DNA of 64,000 bases from Myxococcales bacterium. GTDB lineage: Bacteria > Myxococcota_A > UBA9042 > JABWCM01 > BTVJ01. The stretch covers positions 31,996 to 95,995 of the forward strand of contig BTVJ01000024.1 of assembly GCA_045863395.1 (NCBI GenBank). Reading direction: 5' to 3'. Below are positions 28,330-37,311 of this stretch, one piece after another. The notes under the pieces were generated by a model. The model saw nothing but the letters and a program-made list of their open reading frames with translations, had not been told where the DNA came from and made no database searches. Within the stretch, counting starts at the first letter, position 1, and every line of letters begins with the position of its first letter. Made by a program: the position numbers and the translations under genes.

Positions 28330-29289
28330 CTACGCGGGGAAGTCCGGCCCGAACACGCGGGCGAGGCGACGGCAGGCTTCCGGCTCGTTCGACGAGGCGA
28401 GCGAAGCAGCGGCCGACAAGGCGTCACGGAGCGAGACCAGCCGCTGCTTGAACTCGACCATCTGCTGGTCGCTCATCCGGGCGAACAGGTCGTTGCCCGG
28501 AGGCAGCGGGAGTTGCACGGACAGGCGGCCCGACCACGAGAACGCGCTGATCATGGACGAGACGACTTGGTGAGTCGCGGACAGGTCGTCGTACTCGACC
28601 TTGTTGTTCCAGACATCCCAGACCGTCTTCTTGCCCGGCGTGAACCAGAGGTAGGCGCACGCGGTCAACGCGATGCCCCTCGGCGCCGCGTTCCCCTCCA
28701 CCGAGAACCCGAAGTCCTTCCACCGCTTCAGGTAGCGGATCACTCGGCGGAACTGGTCGGCGTCGTCGCCGGAGTGCTTCTTCGAGATGAGGTCCGTGAG
28801 GTCGCGTGGGCTCGACTGCACCCACTTCCGCTGGTCGGCCGATGAGTTCTGCTTCCCGGTGGCGAGGTGAAGTCCGCCCCGCATGTCCTTCGCGTACACG
28901 GCGAGATCGACATGGTACAAGGGCTCGCCGCCCTGGCTGTAGAACACTGTGATGCAGGGGCGGCGGAACCCGACCGGCTTCTGGGTGTGCCCGTTCACGG
29001 CGGTGAAGACCCATTCCTTCACCTTGACGGGATCGGGGTACTGGGCCTTGTCGATGTTGAAGACCAGCCCAACGTCGATGTCGAAGTCCCCGGCGACCGG
29101 CTTCACCCCGGTCCCCATGTCGTAGCTGCCCTGGTTGAACGGCTCGAAGGTCGGCCGCTGCGCCCTTGCGAGGCCGTCGCGGAGGCGAGTCAGGACGCGA
29201 TCCCGCTTCTCTCGGAGTTCCGCGTTCTCGTCGAACCGCTTGAGCTTGATGGCCTCGTCGAACGTCCTGAACTTGCTCTGGAGCCCCAC
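28330..29289 (-). CDS. cGAS/DncV-like nucleotidyltransferase (CD-NTase), CBASS synthase
   Basis: FNQGSYDMGTGVKP..GDFDIDVG, RRPCITV.Y, YHVDLAVY, RRVIRYLKRWKD, FGPDFP; GTG start with GGGAGG RBS. Confidence 0.92.
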   Translation of the reverse strand: MGLQSKFRTFDEAIKLKRFDENAELREKRDRVLTRLRDGLARAQRPTFEPFNQGSYDMGTGVKPVAGDFDIDVGLVFNIDKAQYPDPVKVKEWVFTAVNGHTQKPVGFRRPCITVFYSQGGEPLYHVDLAVYAKDMRGGLHLATGKQNSSADQRKWVQSSPRDLTDLISKKHSGDDADQFRRVIRYLKRWKDFGFSVEGNAAPRGIALTACAYLWFTPGKKTVWDVWNNKVEYDDLSATHQVVSSMISAFSWSGRLSVQLPLPPGNDLFARMSDQQMVEFKQRLVSLRDALSAAASLASSNEPEACRRLARVFGPDFPA

Positions 29290-29471
29290 GTCCGCCCTCC
29301 CAGGGTAGGTAGTGTCCGGCCAATGTAGGTACGGATCGCCCGTTGGCAAGGGGCATCCCGGCTGGCCCGAGTCACCGGGGCGCGCCCGGACACCCCGGGT
29401 CTGCGAGCGTGTCAGTGGCCGATGGGTATAGGTGGTGGCCGAGGGAACGCCTTGTCGCCCAGGAGACGCGC

Positions 29472-29657
29472 ATGACCACGAAGATCACGACCTACCTGAC
29501 CCTCCCCGAGCAGGTGCGCCGTATGGCGGGCATGGCTGCCACCCGCGCTGGGGTGACCCTCTCGGAGTACGTCTTGTCGTTGATCGTCGAGGACTGCCGC
29601 AGAACCGGCGTCGCGGACCTCGTGCCCCCGAAGCCGGAGGTGCAGGTCTCCGGCTGA
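29472..29657 (+). CDS. Small ribbon-helix-helix-like regulator
   Basis: RBS AGGAG; TTYLTLPEQVRRMAGMAATRAGVTLSEYVLSLI strand-helix-helix pattern. Confidence 0.6.
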   Translation: MTTKITTYLTLPEQVRRMAGMAATRAGVTLSEYVLSLIVEDCRRTGVADLVPPKPEVQVSG

Positions 29658-29715
29658 TCCGCAGCTCAGCCTCCACCGCTCGCGAGTAGCTCCTCTTGAA
29701 AGGAGGCCCTACTCG

Positions 29716-30648
29716 ATGTCCACGACCGCCACTACCGCCGACCGCCGCTCCGTCTACCAGACCGTCACCGACCGCATCGTCGCCGCTCTCGAACGCGGCG
29801 TTGCGCCCTGGGTGTGCCCGTGGGACAGGAGCGGCGGGCGGCCCCAGAACGGGGCCAGCGGCCACGTCTACCGGGGGATCAACGTAGTCCTGACCGGCAT
29901 GTCCGGGTACGGCGACGCCCGCTGGTTCACCTACAGGCAGGCCCAGCGGCTCGGCGGCCAAGTGCGCCGAGGCGAGAAGGGCACGCCGGTCGTGTTCTGG
30001 CAGTTCGTGGATCGCCGGGCCGTCGCCGACGGCGAGCACGAGGGCGAAGAGCAGCACTCGGGGCGGACCTCCCGGGTGCCGTTCGCCAAGACCTACGTGG
30101 TCTTCAACGCCGAGCAGATCGAGTGGACTGCCGACTCGCCGATGGCGGCCAAGGCCGAGGCCGAGCCCGTCGCGGTCGAGGCGTGGCAGCACGCCGCGAC
30201 GGGCCTGATTGCGGCGTGCGGGGCCGACATCCGGCACGGAGGCACGCGGGCGTACTACTCGCCCACCGAGGACTACATCCGGCTCCCCGAGGTCAGCCGG
30301 TTCAACGCCATCGCCGACTACCACGGCACCTGCCTGCACGAGTTGGCGCACTGGACGGGGCACGCAAACCGCCTCGGCCGGAACCTGACCGGCCGGTTCG
30401 GGGGCGAGGCCTACGCCGCCGAGGAGCTGGTCGCTGAGCTGGCCGCCGCGTTCATGTCGGCGGATCTCGGTGTCCCCGGCAAGCTCCAGCACGAGGAGTA
30501 CATCGGGAACTGGATCACCCTGCTGGGCAAGGACACGAAGGCGATCTTCACCGCCGCCCGCTTGGCCCAGGACGCCGCCGATTTCCTGCTCGGCAAGGTG
30601 CGCGGCCACGGCGTTGTGGCCGACGAGCACGTCGCCGAGGTGGCGTGA
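29716..30648 (+). CDS. ardC: ArdC antirestriction protein (ssDNA-binding domain + zincin-like domain)
   Basis: YQTVTDRIVAALERGVAPW, YRGIN, WFTYRQA, GEKG, VFNAEQ, AYYSP, LHELAHWTGH, YAAEELVAE. Confidence 0.93.
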   Translation: MSTTATTADRRSVYQTVTDRIVAALERGVAPWVCPWDRSGGRPQNGASGHVYRGINVVLTGMSGYGDARWFTYRQAQRLGGQVRRGEKGTPVVFWQFVDRRAVADGEHEGEEQHSGRTSRVPFAKTYVVFNAEQIEWTADSPMAAKAEAEPVAVEAWQHAATGLIAACGADIRHGGTRAYYSPTEDYIRLPEVSRFNAIADYHGTCLHELAHWTGHANRLGRNLTGRFGGEAYAAEELVAELAAAFMSADLGVPGKLQHEEYIGNWITLLGKDTKAIFTAARLAQDAADFLLGKVRGHGVVADEHVAEVA

Positions 30649-30950
30649 TGCACGCCACGCCGGTCATCGGCACCGAGACCATCTACACCGGCACCGAGCA
30701 CCCGTACCTGACCGGCCTCCGCGTGCGGATCGTCGCCGTGATGAAGGACGCCGCCCGCCCCGACCACGATCCCGACGCCGCCTACATCCGCGACGACGAA
30801 GACCTCGGCCACGTTGGCGGCGTGACCGCTGACGACCGAGTCGAGGTGCAGCCGTGGTTGGAGGCCGAGGGCCGGTACTCGTGGGTGACCAGCGACGCGA
30901 AGGCCATGGACCTCGCCCTCTTCGCCCATCTCCGGGAGTCCCCACCGTGA
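30648..30950 (+). CDS. Hypothetical protein
   Basis: TGATG coupling with ardC; coding-like codon usage. Confidence 0.65.
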   Translation: MHATPVIGTETIYTGTEHPYLTGLRVRIVAVMKDAARPDHDPDAAYIRDDEDLGHVGGVTADDRVEVQPWLEAEGRYSWVTSDAKAMDLALFAHLRESPP

Positions 30951-31438
30951 GCGACAAGCCCATCGACATCGAGCGCGAGCGGATCGCCTGCGTCTTCGGC
31001 CTCGGCGGTGGCGAGCTGCACGAGCCCCACCCCGAGTGTCCGGACGAGTGGGACGGCATGATCGCGTACTGGTACGACGGCGTACCCGACTCCGCGACCG
31101 AGCTGCGGGACGTGAACATCGTCGAGTGCTTCGCCTGCGCCGGGATCGGCTACGACGCCGACCGCGATGCCGACTGCCGTTCCTGCGACGGGATCGGGCA
31201 CCACGATCGCGAGGTGCGCACGGCGATCCTGGAGTGCCTCTATGGTGAGCCCGAGCCCCCCGAGGGGTGGGAGCGCATCGCGTCGTTCACGTCGAGCGGT
31301 GAGGCCGAGTGCTGGTGGTGCGGCGACGGCTCGGGCAACGAGGACGAGCGGGCCACCTGCAAGCTCTGCGAGGGCGACGGCCTCATCTACCTCGGCGACG
31401 GCTGGGCCGAGGTGGTGCTCCGCCGAACCTCGGCTTGA
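30947..31438 (+). CDS. Hypothetical protein with DnaJ-type CxxCxGxG zinc-finger motifs
   Basis: CFACAGIG, CRSCDGIG, CWWCGDG, CKLCEGDG; GTGA overlap with the upstream gene. Confidence 0.7.
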   Translation: MSDKPIDIERERIACVFGLGGGELHEPHPECPDEWDGMIAYWYDGVPDSATELRDVNIVECFACAGIGYDADRDADCRSCDGIGHHDREVRTAILECLYGEPEPPEGWERIASFTSSGEAECWWCGDGSGNEDERATCKLCEGDGLIYLGDGWAEVVLRRTSA

Positions 31439-31463
31439 GTACCACTCATTTGAGTGGTAGCAT
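31435..31463 (+). promoter_or_regulatory. Sigma70-type promoter with embedded palindromic operator
   Basis: TTGAGT (31435-40), 17-bp spacer, TAGCAT (31458-63); perfect inverted repeat TACCACTCA-TT-TGAGTGGTA (31440-31459); lexA ATG 8 nt after the -10. Confidence 0.72.
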
Positions 31464-31471
31464 TTCCGCGA

Positions 31472-32089
31472 ATGGAGCCCCTCACCGACAAGCAGCGCCG
31501 GGTGTACGACGAGGTGGAGGCCAGGATCTCTGCTGGTGGCCTCGCGCCGACGCTGCGGGAGCTGTGCTCGCACTTCCGATGGTCGTCCACCGGCACGGCT
31601 CGGGACGCCCTGAACGCCCTCGTCCGCAAGGGCTACCTGCAAGCGGCCGACGGCCGTGCTCGGGGCTACAGGCTCGTCCGCCGTCCGCCGTCCGCCCTGC
31701 GGGTGCCCCTGCTGGGCCAGGTGCCTGCGGGGGTTCCCGTCGAAGCCGTCGAAGTCGCGCATGGGGACGTGCCCGTGCCGGAGCCCATCGTTTCAGCCTC
31801 CGCGAACTTCGCGCTGCGCGTGACGGGCGACAGCATGACCGGGGCGAGCATCCAGGACGGCGACCTCGTGTTCGTTCGCCAGCAGGCCGTGGCCGAGCCC
31901 GGCCAGATCGTCGTGGCCCGCGTAGACGGAGAGGTCACGGTGAAGCGGCTCCGGCGCCAACGAGGACGCCTGGCGCTCGTCCCGGAGAATCCGAGCTACC
32001 GGCCGATCCCGGTCACGGCTGGAACGGAGATCGTCGGGGTCGTCGTCGGCCTCGTGCGCGGCTATGACGGCCGGTCGGTGAGGGTGTAG
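31472..32089 (+). CDS. lexA: LexA-family repressor (island-encoded paralog)
   Basis: LTDKQRRV...PTLREL wHTH; cleavage site VPAG; catalytic Ser in LRVTGDSM and Lys in VTVKRL; PENPSY. Confidence 0.92.
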   Translation: MEPLTDKQRRVYDEVEARISAGGLAPTLRELCSHFRWSSTGTARDALNALVRKGYLQAADGRARGYRLVRRPPSALRVPLLGQVPAGVPVEAVEVAHGDVPVPEPIVSASANFALRVTGDSMTGASIQDGDLVFVRQQAVAEPGQIVVARVDGEVTVKRLRRQRGRLALVPENPSYRPIPVTAGTEIVGVVVGLVRGYDGRSVRV

Positions 32090-32101
32090 AAGGAGGCTCT
32101 G

Positions 32102-32845
32102 ATGGGCGACAACAGCGGCATCGAGTGGACGGACGCGACATGGAACCCGACCGTCGGGTGCACGAAGGTCAGCCCCGGCTGCAAGCACTGCTACGCCGAG
32201 ATCATGCACCGCCGTCTCACGGAGATGGGGATGGCGAAGTACGCCGATCCCTTCAAGGTTGTGCGCCCGTGGGAACCGCACCTCGAAGAGCCCCTTCGGT
32301 GGAGGCAACCCCGGCTCATCTTCGTGAACTCGATGAGCGACCTCTTCCACGAGGACATCCCGTTCGACTACCTCCGGCGGGTCTTCGACGTGATGGTTCG
32401 GGCCCGCCAGCATCGGTTCCAGGTGCTGACGAAGCGCAGCGACCGCCTCCGAGAACTGGCTCCGGGCCTCCCGTGGGCGTCCAACGTGTGGATGGGGGTG
32501 AGCGTCGAGTCGGCGAAGTACGTCCACCGCGTCCACGACTTGCAGACCGTCCCCGCCGCCGTGAGGTTCTTGAGCGTCGAGCCCCTGCTCGGGCCGATCC
32601 CCAACCTGCCCCTGGACGGCATCCACTGGGTCATCGTGGGCGGCGAGTCGGGGTTCAGTGCGCGGCCGATGGCGCTCGACTGGGCCCGCGACATCCGCGA
32701 CCAGTGCGACGAGGCCGGGGCCGCGTTCTTCCTCAAGCAGCTCGGCGGAGTTCGCGACAAGCGGGGCGGCGACCGGGCGACGCTCGATGGTCGGCTCTGG
32801 CGGGATCTCCCCGACGCCTGGGCGGCTCAGATGGTGGCCGGATGA
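32102..32845 (+). CDS. DUF5131 / phage Gp37-Gp68 family three-Cys (radical-SAM-like) protein
   Basis: IEWTDATWNP..GCTKVSPGCKHCYA, FVNSMSDLFH, FQVLTKR, NVWMGVSVE, FLSVEPLL, WVIVGGESG, FFLKQ. Confidence 0.92.
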   Translation: MGDNSGIEWTDATWNPTVGCTKVSPGCKHCYAEIMHRRLTEMGMAKYADPFKVVRPWEPHLEEPLRWRQPRLIFVNSMSDLFHEDIPFDYLRRVFDVMVRARQHRFQVLTKRSDRLRELAPGLPWASNVWMGVSVESAKYVHRVHDLQTVPAAVRFLSVEPLLGPIPNLPLDGIHWVIVGGESGFSARPMALDWARDIRDQCDEAGAAFFLKQLGGVRDKRGGDRATLDGRLWRDLPDAWAAQMVAG

Positions 32846-34014
32846 TCCCGCCGGAGTACCAAGGACGCGAGCAGACGTGGCTCAAGCATCGCGTGCTCGA
32901 CGAGTACCTGAGCGGGTGGGCACACAAGCTGGGCTCCGTTGCCCGGAAGATGGCAGTGAAGCTCTGGTACGTGGACTGCTTCTCCGGCCCATGGAAAACG
33001 AGGACGACGGACCTCAGCGACACGTCGATCTTCCTGGGGCTCAACGCGCTCCAGGCGGCGAGGACGACGTGGGCGGAGAAGGGGGTGCTGATCCAGCTCG
33101 GCGCGATCTTCATCGAGAAGGACGCGACGGCGTTCGCGGAGCTTCAGAAGGTCGTTGCGCAGCACGCCACCGGCATCGACGCCCACACGTTCCACGGGCG
33201 CTTCGCGGATCATCTCGAAGACATCCAGCGGCTGGTCGGGAACGACGCCGCGTTCTTCCTCGTGGATCCGACGGGGTGGGACGGCGCAGCGATGAGGTAC
33301 ATCGCGCCCCTCGTGTCACGGGGTCGGCGTGACGTGCTGGTCAACGTCATGTTCGACCACATCAACCGCTTCAAGGACGACCCCCGGGCGTTCTTGCGCG
33401 AGCAGATGAAGGAGTTCTTCGGGCTGGCGGACGCAGACATCCAGGCCGGGCTCGGAGAAGAAGAGCTGATGGCGTTCTACCGCGAGCGCCTTCGCACCGT
33501 GTGCGGGCTGCCCTACACGGCGGACCTCGCAGTTCCGCACCCGACGGTCGAACGGACGAAGTTCCGTTTGGTCGTCGGCGGGCACCACCCGGAGGTTCTG
33601 CGCTTGTTCCGCGACGTGGAGCGCAAGGTCATGGGCGAGGAGGCCGCCGTGGTGCGAACGGAGGCCAAGGAGCGCGACCGGCTCGATCGAAGCGGCCAGA
33701 TGGCGCTCTTCGACCCGGCACCTCCGAAGGAGAGCCCACGGTACGCCGCACAGCGTGAGGAGGGGCAACGACAGGCGCGCAACCTCGTCCCCGCGTTGCT
33801 GCGAGAACGTGGCCCGCTGACGTACAAGACCATCTGGCCCATCGTCCTCCAGCAGTGCCACATCCCCGAGGGCGACCTGGCCCACCTGCTTGCTGAACTT
33901 CGGACGGATGGTGTCGTCGAGGTCGAGGGGCTCCGGCCTCGTGAGCGTCGGGTGAAGGACGAGCACCTCGTGCGCATCAACGTCGGGGCGGCCGACAACA
34001 CGCGGAAGCGGTAG
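32842..34014 (+). CDS. tcmP: Three-Cys-motif partner protein (SAM methyltransferase-like fold, C-terminal wHTH)
   Basis: EQTWLKHRVLDEYL, YVDCFSGP (SAM motif I-like), FIEKD, FFLVDPTGW, DVLVNVM; ATGA coupling to DUF5131. Confidence 0.87.
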   Translation: MIPPEYQGREQTWLKHRVLDEYLSGWAHKLGSVARKMAVKLWYVDCFSGPWKTRTTDLSDTSIFLGLNALQAARTTWAEKGVLIQLGAIFIEKDATAFAELQKVVAQHATGIDAHTFHGRFADHLEDIQRLVGNDAAFFLVDPTGWDGAAMRYIAPLVSRGRRDVLVNVMFDHINRFKDDPRAFLREQMKEFFGLADADIQAGLGEEELMAFYRERLRTVCGLPYTADLAVPHPTVERTKFRLVVGGHHPEVLRLFRDVERKVMGEEAAVVRTEAKERDRLDRSGQMALFDPAPPKESPRYAAQREEGQRQARNLVPALLRERGPLTYKTIWPIVLQQCHIPEGDLAHLLAELRTDGVVEVEGLRPRERRVKDEHLVRINVGAADNTRKR

Positions 34015-34053
34015 GCGGCCTATCGTCCTGCCCCTGGCAGGAGGCCGCCGCCC

Positions 34054-34662
34054 ATGAACGAAACCTGCCAGCACCACCCTGCCGATTCCCGAGTCGAGCG
34101 CCTCGCCACCTGGCTGCGTGAGCAGGGCGACGACGCCCCCGGCTTGATCGAGTCCGTCGCACGGGCGATCGGCCTCGACGTTCTGCTTCTCGAACGCGGT
34201 GACAAGCAGCACCGGCTCCACCGCGTCGGCCACGCCCTCGCCCACGAGATCCACCAGATCACGAAAGCGTGCGTCGGCCGTCAGGCCGCCTGCATCGCCG
34301 CCGCCGTCCGCGAGGTCGAGCGGGCCATCGTCGTGCTCCGCCGCGTCCGTGGCCGCCTCGACGACGGCGACCGGCACCCGATGGCGGACTATGCCAGGTT
34401 CTCCAGGCTGGCGGACGAGGCGGTGTCCCTGCTCGCCATCGCGGAGCGCGACGATCGCCAGCGGGCAATGATGGTCGTTCGGGCGCGGGAGCTGATCGCC
34501 GATCTGGAGGAGCAGCTCGTGAGGGTCGAGGACGCGAACCCAGACGACCCCTTGTGGGCAGGGCTCGACCCGCCAAGCGGAACGATTCTCGAGGTGTACG
34601 ACCAGCCAGGTCGGCGCCCGTCGGGAGCGGCTGAACCTGCCCGATCTACTTCGCAGGGCTGA
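34054..34662 (+). CDS. Hypothetical helical protein
   Basis: RBS AGGAGG; coding-like composition; no recognised motif. Confidence 0.6.
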   Translation: MNETCQHHPADSRVERLATWLREQGDDAPGLIESVARAIGLDVLLLERGDKQHRLHRVGHALAHEIHQITKACVGRQAACIAAAVREVERAIVVLRRVRGRLDDGDRHPMADYARFSRLADEAVSLLAIAERDDRQRAMMVVRARELIADLEEQLVRVEDANPDDPLWAGLDPPSGTILEVYDQPGRRPSGAAEPARSTSQG

Positions 34663-35864
34663 ACTCGAACGACCACGTCACGTCGCAGGTGCCGGTCTGC
34701 GGCTTCGCGTGGACGATCCGCTTCACGACACGGACTACGCAGTCGCCGATCTTCGCGTCTGCGACGGTACTGCTTGCCAGGGCAGCATCGGCGACACGCC
34801 CATCGGTACCGATCGCCCAGCGGACGCTTACCTGGCCGGAGAGCTTCGGGTTCACCTGGAGGCGCTGCTCGTAGCACGCCCGGATGGCGCTTGCTCTCCG
34901 ACGCACGGCGGCGGCGATGTCGTCGAGAGTGCACGAGCCCGTGTGCGTGCACTTGGGGTTCACCTTTGGTGCCCAGGCTCACGGTTGTGCCCTTACCGCC
35001 GCCGGTGTCGATCCGGCCCAACCCGTGGATGCCGCCGAATTCCTCGTCATCGGGTTCGCCTGGGCACGTCGCTCCCGCAGGCGTTGCCGTGCACCCAGCC
35101 CGCGACCAGTGCGCCTTCAAGGTTCCCCGGTCATCGAGTGGCGGGATACCGTCGAACGACAGTGCGTCGCAGGACGAGCTTGCCCCGGACGCCGCCCAGC
35201 ATGACCACGAACCGATTGGAGCGCCATCGTTGAACCTCCCCTTCGCAAGGAGGTGCCCACTTGGGTGCCACATCAGGAACGATCCGTCCCGCACCCCTTC
35301 CACGTATTCGCTCCGAACGTGCAGGCTGCCGTCCTTGAGCCAGTAGGTAAGGACGCCGTGCGGCTTTCCGCCGACGAGGTGCGCCTCGATCCGTCGCGTT
35401 CCGTTTGTGTACCAAGCCGCCCGGAGACCCCCTTGCTGACCGTCAACAAAGTCAGCGATCTCCGATAGTGTTCCGTTTTCGAGCCATCGAATCTGTCTTC
35501 CTTGCTCCTTCCCCTTGTCCCACGTCGTCACTTCGCGCCAGGTGCCGCTGCCCCAGCAGATCTGCTCGACGCCGTCCTTCACCTGCTCGACGACGGTCTC
35601 CTCCCGCAGGGCGGCCGGGTTGAAGTAGTCGTACTGCACCCACCTCCGACTCTCGTGCTCTACGTAGGCGGGCTTCTTCTCGCGGCAGGGAGCCCCGAAT
35701 CGCTCCTCCACCTCCGCCTTTGCCGCATCCATCACGGAGCCTACACCCAGAGGTTCGGTCGGCGAGTCAGCGCGAGGCAATTCCTCGGGCTCGCCCTGCG
35801 CATGTGCCGACGGAGCTAACGCCAAGATCGCGACGACAAAGCAGGTAGGGATCGAGTGCGTCAT
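34646..35864 (-). pseudogene. Secreted MORN-variant (YwqK-like) repeat protein with AgmX/PglI-type TonB C-terminal domain, split by a 1-nt frameshift
   Basis: Signal peptide; MORN-like repeats (GKPHG..TYW..DG); removing one T from TTT at 34965-67 joins the frame to IRACYEQRLQVNPKLSGQVSVRWAI...CVVRVV...TWSFEF. Confidence 0.7.
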
Positions 35865-35885
35865 TGTGCTCCTCGTTGGCGGTGC

Positions 35886-36473
35886 CTACTCCTCGACATC
35901 GGTGCTGCACGTCGCGAGGAACGCCTCCCGCGCCGCCTCCACGTCGATGCCCTTCTCTCGGTAGGCGTCGAGCACGCGGACGCCGCCGCTCTCCGCCGCC
36001 GCCACCTTCGTGCCGAGGTCGCCCAGTTGGTTGTTCAGGCGGCGAACCGTCGCCATGTCCCCGGCTTCCGCCGCCTTCCTCAGCCGGAGGATCGTTGACT
36101 TGACGGCCCACGCCGCCTTCTTGCAGTTCGCGATGTGGGGCTTCAGCTCGGCGAGCACCTTGGCCTGAACTGCTGGATCCGGCGCGACCGGCTTGGCCTC
36201 CTCGGTCGGCACTGCCTCGGGCGCCGAGGGCGGTGTCTTGGCGGGGGGCTCGTTCGGCTCCACCCGCTCCCCCAGTTCCTCCGTCGGCGCGGGCGGCGCC
36301 GGGGAGGGCGTCACCACCTTCGGCGTGGGGATCTGGGTGTTCGTCGCCGTCGGCTGGCGATCGGGTGGGACCTCGCTGCCTTCGTCCTTCGAGCAGCCAA
36401 AGGCGGCCATGGCGAGCACGGCCAACGTCGCTCTCCACGTCAGCGACCCCAAAGGAACCAGTTGCGTAACCAT
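35886..36473 (-). CDS. Lipoprotein with Pro-rich linker
   Basis: RBS GGAGG; lipobox AAFGC; helical C-terminal domain. Confidence 0.68.
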   Translation of the reverse strand: MVTQLVPLGSLTWRATLAVLAMAAFGCSKDEGSEVPPDRQPTATNTQIPTPKVVTPSPAPPAPTEELGERVEPNEPPAKTPPSAPEAVPTEEAKPVAPDPAVQAKVLAELKPHIANCKKAAWAVKSTILRLRKAAEAGDMATVRRLNNQLGDLGTKVAAAESGGVRVLDAYREKGIDVEAAREAFLATCSTDVEE

Positions 36474-36641
36474 CGCCGCCTCCACACGGGTCGCCGCTGC
36501 GGCCCCGGCCCGGAACGGATCAGGCCACCGCTCGTGCTCCACCGTGTGGGTGAGGGTGCACCTTGATGCGTATTCGATCAAGCGTGCTGCGCAAGGCGTC
36601 GTGGTCGAACCGCAGCCTCCACCTCGACGATGGAGGCCGCT

Positions 36642-36980
36642 ATGCCGCGCATCACGCACCAAGACCGCCGCATCCTCGAAGCCGTCGGCGAGCGTGTGCG
36701 TGCGGCTCGGCTCCAGCGCGGGCTCTCGCAAGAGCAGCTCGCCGAGAAGCTCGGCATCACGCCCGAGACCGTGTCGAGGTACGAGACTGGGGGGCTGCCG
36801 CTCTCCTTGTCGATGCTCCATCGGGTCGCCGACGTGCTCGACGTGGAGGCCGTAGCCCTGTTCGGCACATCGTCCAAGAAGAGCCGGGAGCCCGAGCAGG
36901 AGCTGGTCTCCAGGTGGCGGTTGCTCGATGGCGATGGCCAGAAGCTCGTCATCGACCTGCTTCGGCGGCTCGTGCGGTAA
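36642..36980 (+). CDS. XRE-family HTH transcriptional regulator
   Basis: VGERVRAARLQRGLSQEQLAEKLGITPETVSRYETG; RBS GGAGG. Confidence 0.92.
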   Translation: MPRITHQDRRILEAVGERVRAARLQRGLSQEQLAEKLGITPETVSRYETGGLPLSLSMLHRVADVLDVEAVALFGTSSKKSREPEQELVSRWRLLDGDGQKLVIDLLRRLVR

Positions 36981-36987
36981 GGCCCGG

Positions 36988-37311
36988 TCACCGGGCCGTG
37001 CGGAGCGCCGCCCAGGCGAGAGCCCACGCGACCTCGGCTGCCTGCACGAGCGCGGCGTTGACCGCGCCTTCGAGATCGAAGACCAGGCTTCGGTTCTCCT
37101 GCCCGAGGACGGCCTCGACGGCCGCCAGCGCCTCGGAGACGCCCCTGCGAGCCGCCTGGTAGGCTTCGTTGTGCTGGAGGGCGAGGTCCAGTGCCTCCTC
37201 GGGCAGAGCGGGCTGTGGGAGGCTCTGGGCGGCCGCCACGCGGGCGCCGAGCAACGCCCGGAGCGCGATGTCGAGCTGCTCGACAATCAGGTCCAGGTCG
37301 GGGGCGCCCAT
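36988..37311 (-). CDS. Hypothetical helical protein
   Basis: TGATG coupling with the upstream gene. Confidence 0.55.
   Translation of the reverse strand: MGAPDLDLIVEQLDIALRALLGARVAAAQSLPQPALPEEALDLALQHNEAYQAARRGVSEALAAVEAVLGQENRSLVFDLEGAVNAALVQAAEVAWALAWAALRTAR

Noticed and set aside
29343..31438. CBASS ancillary genes (Cap2/Cap3, HORMA/Trip13)
   Set aside because: The neighbouring genes are divergent and lack E1/E2, JAB or HORMA motifs.
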